Of a DNA stretch of 64,000 nucleotides, positions 1-11,746 are shown piece by piece. Each line of letters opens with the position of its first letter. The stretch's first letter is position 1. The notes under the pieces were generated by a model that had not been told where the DNA came from, did no database searches, and saw only the letters and a program-made list of their open reading frames with translations. Position numbers and translations under genes: made by a program. This DNA comes from Macrostomum lignano (taxonomy: Eukaryota): contig NIVC01000716.1 of the NCBI GenBank assembly GCA_002269645.1, forward strand, positions 269,426 to 333,425, read 5' to 3'.

Positions 1-112
1 AACTGAAGCGTAGCCAATTAGATTCGAGGTACAGGCTGCCTCAGACATGAACAAAAAAAACTGCCATAGACAAAAGACTGCCTCGAAATTTCCAAGCTTA
101 AGGGTTCTTAGT

Positions 113-606
113 TAGAATTGTCAAAATCTTAAGCAAAAAGTCAAAACTGATTGTAAACTGTTCAATATTGATTAGGAGTTGTCAAAAATGAAGCGGAGTT
201 TTGGGGTACACAAACCATGGAGTGTCAGTTTTGAAGCAACTCTGTCAAAATAGAATCGGACTTTGCGGCCCAACCAGTCAGGCTATTTTAGTCTCTGTGT
301 GTAAAAGGATGGAGAAAATTTTTTTATCAATACTTGTAGATCCCAAAAGTCAGAATCAGCTGATTTTGCACAGATAACTTTCGCCCCGTTCAGGCTTTCA
401 TTTGATTACTTTGTTACCGAATTCTCCCAGGAGAAGTTGACTAAACGTGCATTGTCAAAATTGAACCAGAGTTTGTCAAAATTGAAGCTTGATCTGTCAA
501 TATTGATTGTAGATTTTGAGTGCCCGACCATAGAGTGTCAATATTGAAGAGGAGTTTGTCAGTTTCGAAGTTCTCCTTGTTCAAAATCAAGGGTAAAATG
601 GTGTAA
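113..606. repeat. Diverged partial copy of the foldback-element arm
   Basis: Aligns in direct orientation with 4130-4625 (e.g. gttcaatattgatt, tcccaggagaagttgactaaacg, gagggtaaaatggtgta-like end). Confidence 0.8.
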
Positions 607-1710
607 GTAGGCTGAATGGCACTTTAATAATTCTTTGCCATTTATTGCGGGTTTGTCCACAGAATATAGCAAGGCTTGATAGAACCAACCCACCCCCCTT
701 CTAAACTGTGCTATTTTTAGAACCTACCTTTAGGCTGGCCCTGCCTTCTGCTGCCTCTGCGCTCTAAGTTAGTGCCATAGACAGCATGCCTTGGGCTTTC
801 TAGCACGAGCTCGTGGCGTGAAAGCATGCAGGTCAAATGCATTATTGATCGCGCTAGCCTGTCTTTGCTGTATTGCATTATCTATGGCCCAAGCTGGTGC
901 AGATGAAGCTAGGTTTGGCTTCAAAAGTGCTAATACCGAAGGCATATCTGCTAGAGTTTGAATACGCAGCTTATTGTGATACTGTTTATTTATTTTCGCT
1001 TTCATAGAGAACTGCCGATTCGCCATTCTGTGTATATTCTGTGGTCTAGCTTGCCAATTTTGAGCATGGTCTTCTTTTTCTGAGCTACTGCACACAGATT
1101 CTTCATTTCACGACGGCACCAGTGGTGCAGCCGTAGGTGAGCGAAAGTTTGAAACACTTGATTGAGCACCCGCATGAAATGCAGCTATAGCTCGCAGGCA
1201 GGTAGTGCTATTAATTGTGCCCATAGGTGTTTCCAAATGGCTGGATTATGAAACTGCATGTCAGGGCTGCGTGTAAGGCCTCCATCTTCATAAATGCAAC
1301 AAGCACCACCGGCGAGGGCGCAGTTAATCCGCAGAAAGCATGCGAGCAGGCCTTGCGCTCAATGTGAGCCCCCACAGGTTCGGATGTTGTAAGCAAAGAG
1401 TTTCCCAGCTGCGAAGGCTGCTGTGATGGCAGCCTCGCGCTTGTCATCATTGCTGACGTCCAGTCATGCTGAGCCAGGCCGCTGGCAGGCACGGACCGCA
1501 GGGAATAAAACCGTTGTGTCCGCGGATTGCAGAAAAGGTTCTGAGAAGAGAATTGTGCGATGCCCTTTGTTTTCTCGATGCGAATAGGCTCGTACATGTA
1601 CATCGCTGCATGATTGACAGACAAGTTACGTAATTCGAGACAGCTGCACAACAAATTAAAGTGAAATACCTCAGGTATCTTAATATTTAATTGGGGAAGT
1701 GCAGTCATAG

Positions 1711-2035
1711 TAATACCCATGCTTTAAGGGCGTTAATGGGAAAATCAGAGAGCGCCGTTAGGGCTCACCAACCTCACCTCCACTTCATGGGAAAATGAGA
1801 AAATGGGCGTTAATGGGAAAATCAGAGAGCGCCGTTAGGGCTCACCAACCTCACCTCCACTTCATGGGAAAATGAGAAAATGGGCGTTAATGGGAAAATC
1901 AGAGAGCGCCGTTAGGGCTCACCAACCTCACCTCCACTTCATGGGAAAATGAGAAAATGGGCGTTAATGGGAAATCAGAGGGCGCCGTTAGGCGCCCGAG
2001 GATTTCTCATTAACGCCCTCAAAGCATGGGTATTA
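1711..2035. mobile_element. MITE-like element with ~35-bp TIRs and internal 77-bp tandem repeats
   Basis: taatacccatgctttaagggcgttaatggg at 1711 is the inverse of ctcattaacgccctcaaagcatgggtatta ending at 2035. The 77-bp units start at 1728, 1805, 1882 and 1959 (partial). Confidence 0.7.
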
Positions 2036-2111
2036 ATGTACTATTGCTCATTTATTAACAATGCCAGAGCGCCAGAGGCAGACACTCAAAACCAGGGCCT
2101 CTCTCTCTTAT

Positions 2112-2536
2112 CTATTGAAATGTACCTTTTTGCTTCCTATTTGGTTTTTACTGCGTCCAATTTGGTGCGTTGCAAATAGCCCAGCAGAAGTCATGTTCAC
2201 CATAGACTAAGAACTGAAGTCACCGAGCAATTTGGTTTTTTCGCGACCAATATGGTTTATTTCACGTCACGTATGCATTCACTATCCTCCCTCTGTCCAC
2301 CAGACGGATTTTAGCGTATGGTCCTCTCTGCGCCATTCTTTGCTTTAACTATGCCTTCCAGCTATGGCCCAAATTGCTCGCAGTTAAAACCAAATTGATT
2401 TCTGTTGTCTATGGCTTTCTATGGTTTGTCTATGCAGAATCTCTACTACGCTGCCACGTCAGACTGCTGACTGCCACGCACCAATTTGAATGATGAAAAA
2501 ATCAAATAGGAAGCAAAAAGGTATATTTTAAAATAT
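2112..2536. mobile_element. MITE-like element with imperfect ~60-bp inverted ends
   Basis: tacctttttgcttcctatttg...aatttggtgcgt near 2123-2170 is inverted at 2476-2525. Confidence 0.5.
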
Positions 2537-2699
2537 ATGTTATTGTACCATGACCTTTGTGCCCGCTGGGCACTTATTCTTGCCTTTTAATGCCATAAAC
2601 TACATTTAAGCCCGCTTGCAGGAGTCAAACTTACTTTAATTCAAATTAGCGGGCAGTTAATGATATATTCTTCTGCACTATATCGCGCGAGCGCGGTAA

Positions 2700-2850
2700 T
2701 GACATTAACACTCAAAAAAAGTGCAGTAGAAACATTGCTATGCGCTTTCGTCTATGGCATTAGTTGGCGCCGGAAGGAGTCGAGGAGGGGGGAGAGTGAA
2801 AATGGGGGTGTGGGGGTGAAGCCCCCACTTTCTACAATGAAATGTAAATT
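2700..2850 (+). repeat. Dispersed repeat, second copy at ~30833-30982
   Basis: Near-identical ~150 bp (acattaacactcaaaaa...gcgctttcgtctatggcattagttggcgccggaagg...aatgtaaat) at both loci. Confidence 0.85.
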
Positions 2851-2903
2851 CAGTCTGGATGGGAACTTTCTAGAGCCAAAATGTGTCACTTCACTATTTC
2901 ACT

Positions 2904-4630
2904 CCGCACTGACAAATACACCATTTTACCCTCGATTTTGAACAAGGAGAACTTCGAAACTGACAAACTCCTCTTCAATATTGACACTCTATGGTCGGGC
3001 ACTCAAAATCTACAATCAATATTGACAGATCAAGCTTCATTTTTGACAAACTCTGGTTCAATTTTGACAATGCACGTTTAGTCAACTTCTCCTGGGAGAA
3101 TTCGGTAACAAAGTAATCCAATGAAAGCCTGAACGGGGCTGAAGTGAGCTGTGCAAAATCAGCTTATTCTGACTTTGCTTTTTGGATCTACAAGTATTGA
3201 TAAAATTTATTTTTCTCTATCCTTTACACACAGACTAAAATAGCCTGACTGGTTGGGCTGCAAAGTCCGATTCTATTTTGACAGAGTTGCTTCAAAACTG
3301 ACACTCTATGGTTTGTGTACCCAAAAGTCCGCTTCATTTTTGACAACTCCGAATCAATATTGAACAGTTAACAATCGATTTTGACTAAGACATTTTTTGA
3401 AATAGATTTGACAATTTTTACTAAGATTTCTCTCTTGAGGGGGGGGGTACTTGCTATTTGGGAGAAGGGGTACTGGCTGCATGTATCTACGAGTACATGT
3501 ATGGGAATATTTCTATCCAGGGATGCTTGCTATCTGGGTGGATGTTTGCTACCTGGATTATGCTTGCTATCTGCAAGATGCTTGCTATCTGGGGGATGCT
3601 TGCTATCTGGGTGCACGCTTGCTATCTGGGTGGATGCTTGCTATCTGGGTGTATGCTTGCTATCTGGGTGGATGCTTGCTATCTGGGTGAATGCTTGCTA
3701 TCTGGGTAGATGCTTCTATCTGAGGGATGCTTGCTATCTGCAGGATGCTTGCTATCTGGGTGCACACGCTTGCTATCTGGGTTGATGCTTGCTATCTGGG
3801 TGCACACGCTTGCTATCTGGGTGGATGCTTGCTATCTGGGTGCACGCTTGCTATCTGGGTGGATGCTTGCTATCTGGGTGGATGCTTGCTATCTGGGTGG
3901 ATGCTTACTATCTGGGTGGATGCTTGCTATCTGGGTGGATGCTTGCTGTCTTGGGATGTTTAATGACCGGCCTTTTGCTAGAGTCCCTTGAGAGAGCAGG
4001 GACTCTAGCAAGCATCCCTAAATAGAAATATTCCTATACATGTACTCGTAGATACATGCAGCCAGTACCCCTTCTCCCAAATAGCAAGTACCCCCCCCCC
4101 TCAAGAGAGAAATCTTAGTAAAAATTGTCAAAATCTATTTCAAAAAATGTCTTAGTCAAAATCGATTGTTAACTGTTCAATATTGATTCGGAGTTGTCAA
4201 AAAATGAAGCGGACTTTTGGGTACACAAACCATAGAGTGTCAGTTTTGAAGCAACTCTGTCAAAATAGAATCGGACTTTGCAGCCCAACCAGTCAGGCTA
4301 TTTTAGTCTGTGTGTAAAGGATAGAGAAAAATAAATTTTATCAATACTTGTAGATCCAAAAAGCAAAGTCAGAATCAGCTGATTTTGCACAGATAACTTT
4401 CGCCCCGTTCAGGCTTTCATTTGATTACTTTGTTACCGAATTCTCCCAGGAGAAGTTGACTAAACGTGCATTGTCAAAATTGAACCAGAGTTTGTCAAAA
4501 TTGAAGCTTGATCTGTCAATACTGATTGTAGATTTTGAGTGCCCGACCATAGAGTGTCAATATTGAAGAGGAGTTTGTCAGTTTCGAAGTTCTCCTTGTT
4601 CAAAATCGAGGGTAAAATGGTGTAGTGCGG
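2904..4630. mobile_element. Foldback-like palindromic non-autonomous element
   Basis: Arms 2904-~3532 and ~4006-4630 are near-perfect inverted copies around a central minisatellite. No coding capacity; no TSD seen. Confidence 0.75.
3521..3955. repeat. ~19-bp minisatellite (gatgcttgctatctgggtg)n
   Basis: Many tandem copies; explains the repetitive ACYLG/MLAIW ORFs. Confidence 0.95.
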
Positions 4631-4959
4631 CAGACTTGCATAGGCATGCTATAGGATAAGCACAGTGGGGGACGCCGAGGAGTTGCATAGGCCAGGCACA
4701 AATTGAGGTGGACGTTTCCACGCCATGCACACCTTGTTTACTCTGCTATTCCAAAAACCTTCCAATTCCAGCTTTGCTTCCTGCCTTCCCCCCAGTGCGG
4801 CAGAGTTGCATAATCACAAATTGGAACTGCATACCAAAATGTCTTGTGTGTGATTGGACATTCACACATGGTGATAGACCCACCATACTCCTTCCCCGTA
4901 TCCCTTTAAACTGCCGCCTATCTCCTCAGTGCAAGTGCGGCAGAGTTGCATAAACCCAT

Positions 4960-5340
4960 ACTACTCGCGATGCCGCACACCAGCCTGTCGCGCAGCATGT
5001 CAGGGCAGAACTCCACCAGCTTCCGCAACTCCGCAAGGAACTCTGCCGCCGACTCTCCCAGGCGCTGAACTTGGTTCTTGAAGTGATATTTCTCAAGAAT
5101 CTCACTCGGTCTTGGGTTGAAATTATCGCGCTCAGCAAGCTCGCATATCTCTGCGTAGGGTTCATCCACGACTTTTACTGAAGAGCAGACGCTCCAGGCC
5201 AACTGGAATGTTTTTCTACCGTAGACGCCCAGCAGTGTGGCCCTTTTTGCTCTTCGTCGGTGATGTCCTGTGCCAGGAAGTGTTGCTCTAAATGCTTCTA
5301 GAGCGTTGATGCAAACACCACTGAAGTTTTGAAGGCTGAT
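4960..5340 (-). mobile_element. Gypsy LTR retrotransposon gag fragment
   Basis: ATLLGVYGRKTF...PRPSEILEKYHF...GESAAEFLAELRKL...MLRDRLVCGI matches the Gypsy (K02A2.6-like) gag pattern. Confidence 0.8.
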
Positions 5341-5389
5341 TTTCCGCGCGCTGCGCATTTGCCTGCCTGCCGTGATTCCCCTTCCGTGA

Positions 5390-5790
5390 TTTGTGAGTGT
5401 GCTGACTGCTGAGTCCTTCTACTACAGTGGTCCTTGCGTTTATGTCGCCCGCCAAAAGCAAATCAAAGTTCCTGGTGGAGCTGAGCTCGACCAGTGTGGA
5501 AAGCTCTTCTGGGATCACCCGGTAGATAAACCGAGGTGATAAACCGAGGGTAGTCCTTCAATGGAGTGTGTTCTCAGATTAGATAACACAGATGTCCCTG
5601 GGTTTTCCTCCCGGGTACCAGTGGTTAGACACTGGTATCCGGAGGGGATGTAATTGGGGACTTCCCGTGAGCGTCCAGGTTTCTGGATAAGGGTAATTCC
5701 TGGCTTGTTCTTGCCAATGTGCTTCACCAGGTTTACTAATGCAGCGATGCCTAGTTTGAACTCTTCTAGCAGCATCCTCCAGATGGCAAT
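5390..5790 (-). mobile_element. Non-LTR retrotransposon apurinic-like endonuclease fragment
   Basis: ITLIQKP and DLLLAGDINA motifs in two frames. Confidence 0.6.
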
Positions 5791-5979
5791 CCTGGCTGGA
5801 GAAAGATGTCCTGGCATGGAGGGGCCGCTTGGCCCAGTTCCTCAGAGAGAGAGGCGCTGGCCGTCAAATTCGGCTGCCTCAAGTTCCACCACTACCTTAG
5901 CGGCAGCCAAAATTCAAAGTAATCACCGACCAAAAGCCGCTGGTCAGCCTGCTCAGCCCCGGCTCGCGGCCCCCGTCGC

Positions 5980-7260
5980 GGATCGAGCGCATGGCACTTC
6001 TGCTGCAGGACCTCCACTTGAAAGTCACCTACCAGCCGGGGGCAGACAATCCAGCTGATTTCCTGAGCCGCCAGTCACGTCCAACACCGCCAAAAAAACA
6101 AAGGCGAGGATCTCGACAAGGCATACATCGCAATGACAGCAAAGGCAGCAGCACCGAACAGCATCAGCCTCGACACAATAAAGGTGGCCTCCGCAGGCGA
6201 CAGGGCAATCCAAACCGCCATATCCGGACTCCGGTCCCATCGGTGGGAAATTGACAGCCACGACACGCGCAACCTGCGGCACGAGCTCTCACAACACGAA
6301 GGACTCCTTCAGCTGCAAGGCCCGCACGAACGCAGCCGAACTGAAGGCAGCCCCACTCCAGCCGACTCAGCTGCCGCCCTGGCAAGAGCTGGGCCTAGAC
6401 TTTCTGGGAACGATCAGAGGCCACATACTGCTAGTGGGCACCGACTACTTTTCACGTTTCCCACTGGTACAGACGATGTCGGTGTAGCTCCGGCAGCTCC
6501 GGTCATCCGAACCCTCCGCCAGTGGTTCAGAACGTTCGGCCAGCCAGTCAAGATCACCACCGACAACGGCCCGCCATTCCCGTCAGCAGAATTCAACGCC
6601 TTCCTGCGCAGCCAGGGCGTCCACCACCATCGGACTACGCCGCTGCATCCCCAAGCCAACGAACTCGTAGAGCGAGGCAACCGAGGCCTCAATAAGGCAA
6701 TCACAGCGGCGATCCTGGATGACAGCGACTGGCAGGCGGCACTGGACGACTACCTGGCTGCACGCAGCAACTGGCATGGCCCCAGCCGGCCGACAGCTCA
6801 ACGACACGATCCCCAGCTTGCGACACTCCCAGCCGGTCGACGCCAGGCGACAGACCGTCCACGGCCACGATTCCAGGATGAAGGAGCGGATGAAGACCTT
6901 CGCCGACAGCAAGAGAGGCGCCACCGACCACCAAATCACCAAAGGCGACCTCCGTACTTCGCCGGCTCACCAACCGCAGCAAGACTGACCCGTTCTTTGA
7001 GGCTTCGCCATGGACCGTGACAGAGGTCCGCGGAAACACCCTGCAGCTCCAGCGGGCCGACCAGACGTGCTCCAGGCACGCCGCAGCCACGTCAAGCGAG
7101 TCTCCCAGGCAGCCGTCAATTGGCCGGATGGCATCGGGAAACGTGACAGCGGACAAGACAGTCGGCTGGATGAGCCAGCCGGCCCACCCGAGCCAACCGG
7201 CGACCAGGACGTCCCGCTCGCCAACAGGCCGCACCCCTGACAGGCCAAGGAAACGCCGAA
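5980..7260 (+). mobile_element. Gypsy pol fragment (RNase H end plus integrase), frameshifted
   Basis: YQPGADNPADFLSR; PWQELGLDF...TDYFSRFP; TTDNGPPF...HPQANELVERGNR integrase core. Confidence 0.9.
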
Positions 7261-7399
7261 AAGCTACGAAGAGGGCGACCGGCGAAAGGCTCTGACATCT
7301 GACATCTGACAGCTGACGGAACAGCAGCAAGGACTGATTATTGACTGATTATTGGCACCTGCTTCACTGTTTTCCAGAACTAAGTTTTCGCCATCAGCT

Positions 7400-8185
7400 C
7401 CTGCGCCATGGAGCTGTACAATCAGTGCGTCTTGGGGAAAGAGATTATTTTCCGCTCGGACAGTCAAGCGGCGGTGCGACCCTTGAGCGCACCATCAACC
7501 TGCTCGCGTACAGTCCTCGACTGCATCGAGCAGCTCGACCGCTATGGAGCCTCTAACAAGGTGTCCCTAAGGTGGATCCCCCGTGCACTCGAGCCACCCC
7601 GGCAACGAGTTGGCCGATCGGCTGGCCAAGGCTGGCTTGATCGTTTCTTTTACTGGTCCCCTGCCCGTGGCCCCCACCACAACCGCCGTTGTCCAACACT
7701 CGGATAAACAGTCCTTGACTGTCGGCAATCCAGCCCCCCGCCCTCCCTCATCCGCCCTCCGCAACGCCCTGTTTGGACTCAACCGCAGGGACATCAATTC
7801 GGTGAGCATAGCCCTCTCGGGTCATGGCTGTATTGCCAAGCATCGTCACCTCCAGGGAAAAATCCGAAACGTGGAATGTCCATTCTGCCTCTCCGATGTC
7901 GATAATGCGGAGCACTTTATCTGTAAATGCCCCGCCTTTACTCAGGACAGGCTCACCTACCTCAAATCAGGGCCTCTCCGACGTTTTCAGGCCCGAAAAT
8001 CTCTTGACAGCTCGTCTGATCCCTAAGGGGTACCGGGCGAGCGACAATCCACCTCCTGGACTCTCCGGAGGGTGAGCGCGCTGCGCTGTGGTCGCCAGGG
8101 TTAGCAAAATGGCGGCAACGCCTCCTCGCTGCATCCGGATGCACCGAACCCCCTGCATCTAAGTCAAGCAGGTCAAGTAAGTCAA
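7400..8185 (+). mobile_element. I-group (I/Loa/R1-like) LINE 3' end: RNase H plus CCHC knuckle
   Basis: FRSDSQAAV, LRWIP, GNELADRLAKAG (RNase H) and CPFC...EHFICKCP. Ends in aagtc-like short repeats at 8161-8185. Confidence 0.75.
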
Positions 8186-8830
<645 letters not shown>

Positions 8831-8851
8831 AAATCTAAATTTTCTCTAAAA

Positions 8852-9094
8852 ATGTTTCCAGTTGTCTCTCCAGTTTCTTATTATACTCAGCCTAATCCAT
8901 TGTACAAATCCAAGTACCAATGCAAACTAGAATGTAGTGAGTACATGAGAAAATATTGGCCCGGCGTTGATATCAATGTCCCTAATATTAATCTAGCTCT
9001 CCAAAGACACTGGCTTCTTAAGTATGGAGTAACCTATGTAAAAGATTACGACAGCTACTATAACTTTGCAGAAATCATTAGGCAATTGCGTTAA
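8852..9094 (+). CDS. Subterminal small ORF of unknown function (copies at 25212 and 31873)
   Basis: 80 aa with AAAATG start; conserved KSKYxCKLECSEYMRKYWP in three diverged copies. Confidence 0.55.
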   Translation: MFPVVSPVSYYTQPNPLYKSKYQCKLECSEYMRKYWPGVDINVPNINLALQRHWLLKYGVTYVKDYDSYYNFAEIIRQLR

Positions 9095-9394
9095 AAATCT
9101 CAAGTCGAAACTCAGTAGTTGTCATGAGGGAATTTCTGGGACAAAAGAGAATAAATCCCCCACAGATCAACATCTAGTAAAATCTATCTATACATAATGC
9201 TCTTACATTTAAAATTAGCTATCCCAATGCAATACTTACAACCACTCATCTAGAAGGGGGGGATAAAATCAGTCTACCACCCTCCCTTCCCTAGGACAAC
9301 AAAAATCAACATAATCTAAGGGCGAAAGGTAGCGGTATTCTCACTTATGTTACAGGACTTATAATTAATAGTATGCAGCCAAAAAAACTGAAAG

Positions 9395-9525
9395 GCCAAA
9401 ATCCTTTTCATTCTGGCCTTCACCCGAGGCCAAAATCCTTTTCATTTTGGTCTTCACCCGAGGCCAAAATCATTTGCATTCTGGCCTTGCGCGAGGCCGA
9501 AATCCTTTGCATTCTGGCCTTCGCT
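9395..9525. repeat. ~34-bp tandem repeat, about four copies
   Basis: ggccaaaatccttttcattctggccttcacccga units. Confidence 0.8.
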
Positions 9526-10079
9526 CAACACTGAATTCTTCCTCGGCTGGGCTCAGTTAAAGTAAAAATCTCTCTCCCCACGCGCGCTCTCTCTACCCCC
9601 ATATCTTTCAAAAGTCTTCCCAATTCCTTGTGAGGAGCGCACAAAATAAACCCTGCTTCCAAGGCCCCACCCTCTCTGCCTGTGCACCCGCCCTCTCTCC
9701 CTATGCACCCGCCCTCGCCGCCAACCCCCAACCCCAACTTTGTCTTTCCAAAAATAACAGCTTTAACTAGCTTCCGAGCGATCGATTCCCTCCGCCCGCT
9801 TGAAGTCCCCATGCTGTCTAATCTCCTAAGCATTTCTTTGTCCCAGCGATTCTTCTCCTCTGGAAAATCCTTATACTTAACGTCGTGCCACATGCAGACA
9901 GAGTCTAGCTCGTTCACAGGCTCATGCCCAGGATTTGGATTATTGTTTTTATCTAACTGTATTTCAAGTGGATTCAAAGGCCCGCAATATTTGTAGCCGG
10001 GAACTGTCCAGCCTTTGTTTGGATGAGGAAGCTTTTCTATTAGTCCATGTGAATCTAAGTTACCACCACAGCGTTGCAT
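9525..10079 (-). CDS. Parvovirus-like phospholipase A2 domain protein (Polinton-1)
   Basis: PGYKYCGPLN calcium loop, PVNELD and catalytic WHD. Confidence 0.85.
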   Translation of the reverse strand: MQRCGGNLDSHGLIEKLPHPNKGWTVPGYKYCGPLNPLEIQLDKNNNPNPGHEPVNELDSVCMWHDVKYKDFPEEKNRWDKEMLRRLDSMGTSSGRRESIARKLVKAVIFGKTKLGLGVGGEGGCIGREGGCTGREGGALEAGFILCAPHKELGRLLKDMGVERARVGREIFTLTEPSRGRIQC

Positions 10080-10108
10080 TATTTTTTTTAAATTTACTTT
10101 TTTAAAAA

Positions 10109-11123
10109 ATGACAGATCAGAAACTTAAAAAACTACTACAGCGACAAAGGATTCTTTGTAGGCAAAAATGCCGTTAGTAAACTCATGGAGCTGAGTAAGG
10201 AACCAAAAGCTACAGTAGAAAAATGGCTCTCTAAGCAGGCTGTCTTTCAAGTCTATTTCCCACCAGTAAAATTTGAAAGGTCCCATTTCAGTATTTAAAA
10301 GCCTAATGAGGCGCACCAAGCAGATCTTCTGTTTCTCCCCAATGACTCAGGCTACAAGTATGCTCTCACAATTACAGACATTGCCTCCAGATATAAAGAA
10401 GCTCTTCCACTAAAGACTAAACAATCAGAAGCAGTCGCTAATGCGCTACAAGATATTTATAAAAACTCACCCCTTAGTTACCCTGAAATCTTTATGACCG
10501 ACACGGGTAAGGAATTCATTGGTGCAGTGAAATCACTTCTACATAAGTATGACACAAAAATTCGCTACGGAAGAACAGACCTGCACAGGGATCAAGCGTA
10601 CGTTGAGAGATTCAATCTAACTCTAGCCAAGAGACTATTCACTAAGCAGACAGCGCAAGAACTCAAACTGAGTGCGGGGCAGTACTATACCATGTGGACA
10701 GACCGCCTCTCCACTGTTATGGAGCAACTGAACAATGAAGTCACACGCATGACTGGATTGAAACCGTCTCATGCAATTAAACAAGACACTGTCGAACTTA
10801 AGGCATCTCATGGAACAGACAACACACACAACACAAAACACACCTCAAACTACCCTAAGCTTCCAGGAGTTGAATCACCATACATACTGACAAACTCTGA
10901 GTTTCTACGCTTTTTATATCTACCTGGAGAGCTAGAGAAAGACACCAAAAGAAGAGCTACAGATCCATACTTCAGCCTTGATGTACATAAAATAGACAGA
11001 CATTTTACCTCCGACTCCGGTGACTATTACTTTTTATCTCAAGCCTTTAACCCTAAATCCCCCACGCGGTCATTCACTAGAGCTGAACTCCTAGTGATAC
11101 CAGCTGACACAGAAATTAATTAA
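10109..11123 (+). pseudogene. Retroviral-type (rve) integrase, 5' part disrupted
   Basis: MTDTGKEF...VERFNLTL. Colinear with the intact copy at 43273-44280 but with a frameshift and stop in 10109-10300. Confidence 0.9.
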
Positions 11124-11139
11124 AATATTAAAATAAAAA

Positions 11140-11607
11140 ATGACAAAGATTGAAACCAGAACCATCAATAAACTCAATAAAATCATTGAATCAAAGAAAC
11201 CAGGTCTTATATCAATTAAAGGTGCCAAAGTAAAAATCGATCCCGTGCAGCAAATAGTTCAGTGTAATGAGCAAAGACACAGCATCACAGATGAAAAGTC
11301 AGGAGGAATCCTACCATTAGCAGCTCTTATTCCGATCATTGCAGGCGCTGTAAGTGCCGCAGGTGGTGTAGCTGGAGGTGTAGCAACTGCTGTTAAAGCT
11401 GGGAATGATAGAGCGCACCAGCTAGAATTGCAAAAGATTGCAAGAGACAAAGGTATAACAATTAAGGCAGGAGAGGGTCGCCCTGAGGGCTGCCCCGATT
11501 TTAATGATCATGATGATTGTGAGCATGAAAATTCTGTAAGCAAGTCTGACATTGTCAAAGCCATCATGACACTGCACAATGCTGGGTTTACAATAATGCG
11601 CATGTGA
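11140..11607 (+). CDS. Putative core/maturation protein with adenovirus pX(mu)-like GGILPL hydrophobic segment
   Basis: SGGILPLAALIPIIAGAVSAAGGVAGG; near-identical to 42810-43256. Confidence 0.6.
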   Translation: MTKIETRTINKLNKIIESKKPGLISIKGAKVKIDPVQQIVQCNEQRHSITDEKSGGILPLAALIPIIAGAVSAAGGVAGGVATAVKAGNDRAHQLELQKIARDKGITIKAGEGRPEGCPDFNDHDDCEHENSVSKSDIVKAIMTLHNAGFTIMRM

Positions 11608-11746
11608 ATATGAATGTGAATGTGATGAGGTTTAAAACCCCACTTTATCCAGCTTCATAAACATAACGCTACTTATAGGATGTAGAAACAGTTCAACTTT
11701 TCTATCAGGGCGGTCACCCTCAATTTTTTTTTATTTTCGAGAAAAA

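Noticed and set aside
1728-1992. CRISPR-like array (also considered for 45004-45483)
   Set aside because: Head-to-tail tandem repeats with no unique spacers, no cas genes, and a eukaryotic context.
3381-4025. Several overlapping ORFs with ACYLG/MLAIW repeats
   Set aside because: Translations of a 19-bp minisatellite.
9682-9996. 104-aa ORF conserved in both elements (also 44394-44708)
   Set aside because: Antisense shadow of the PLA2 gene; its conservation follows from the sense gene.
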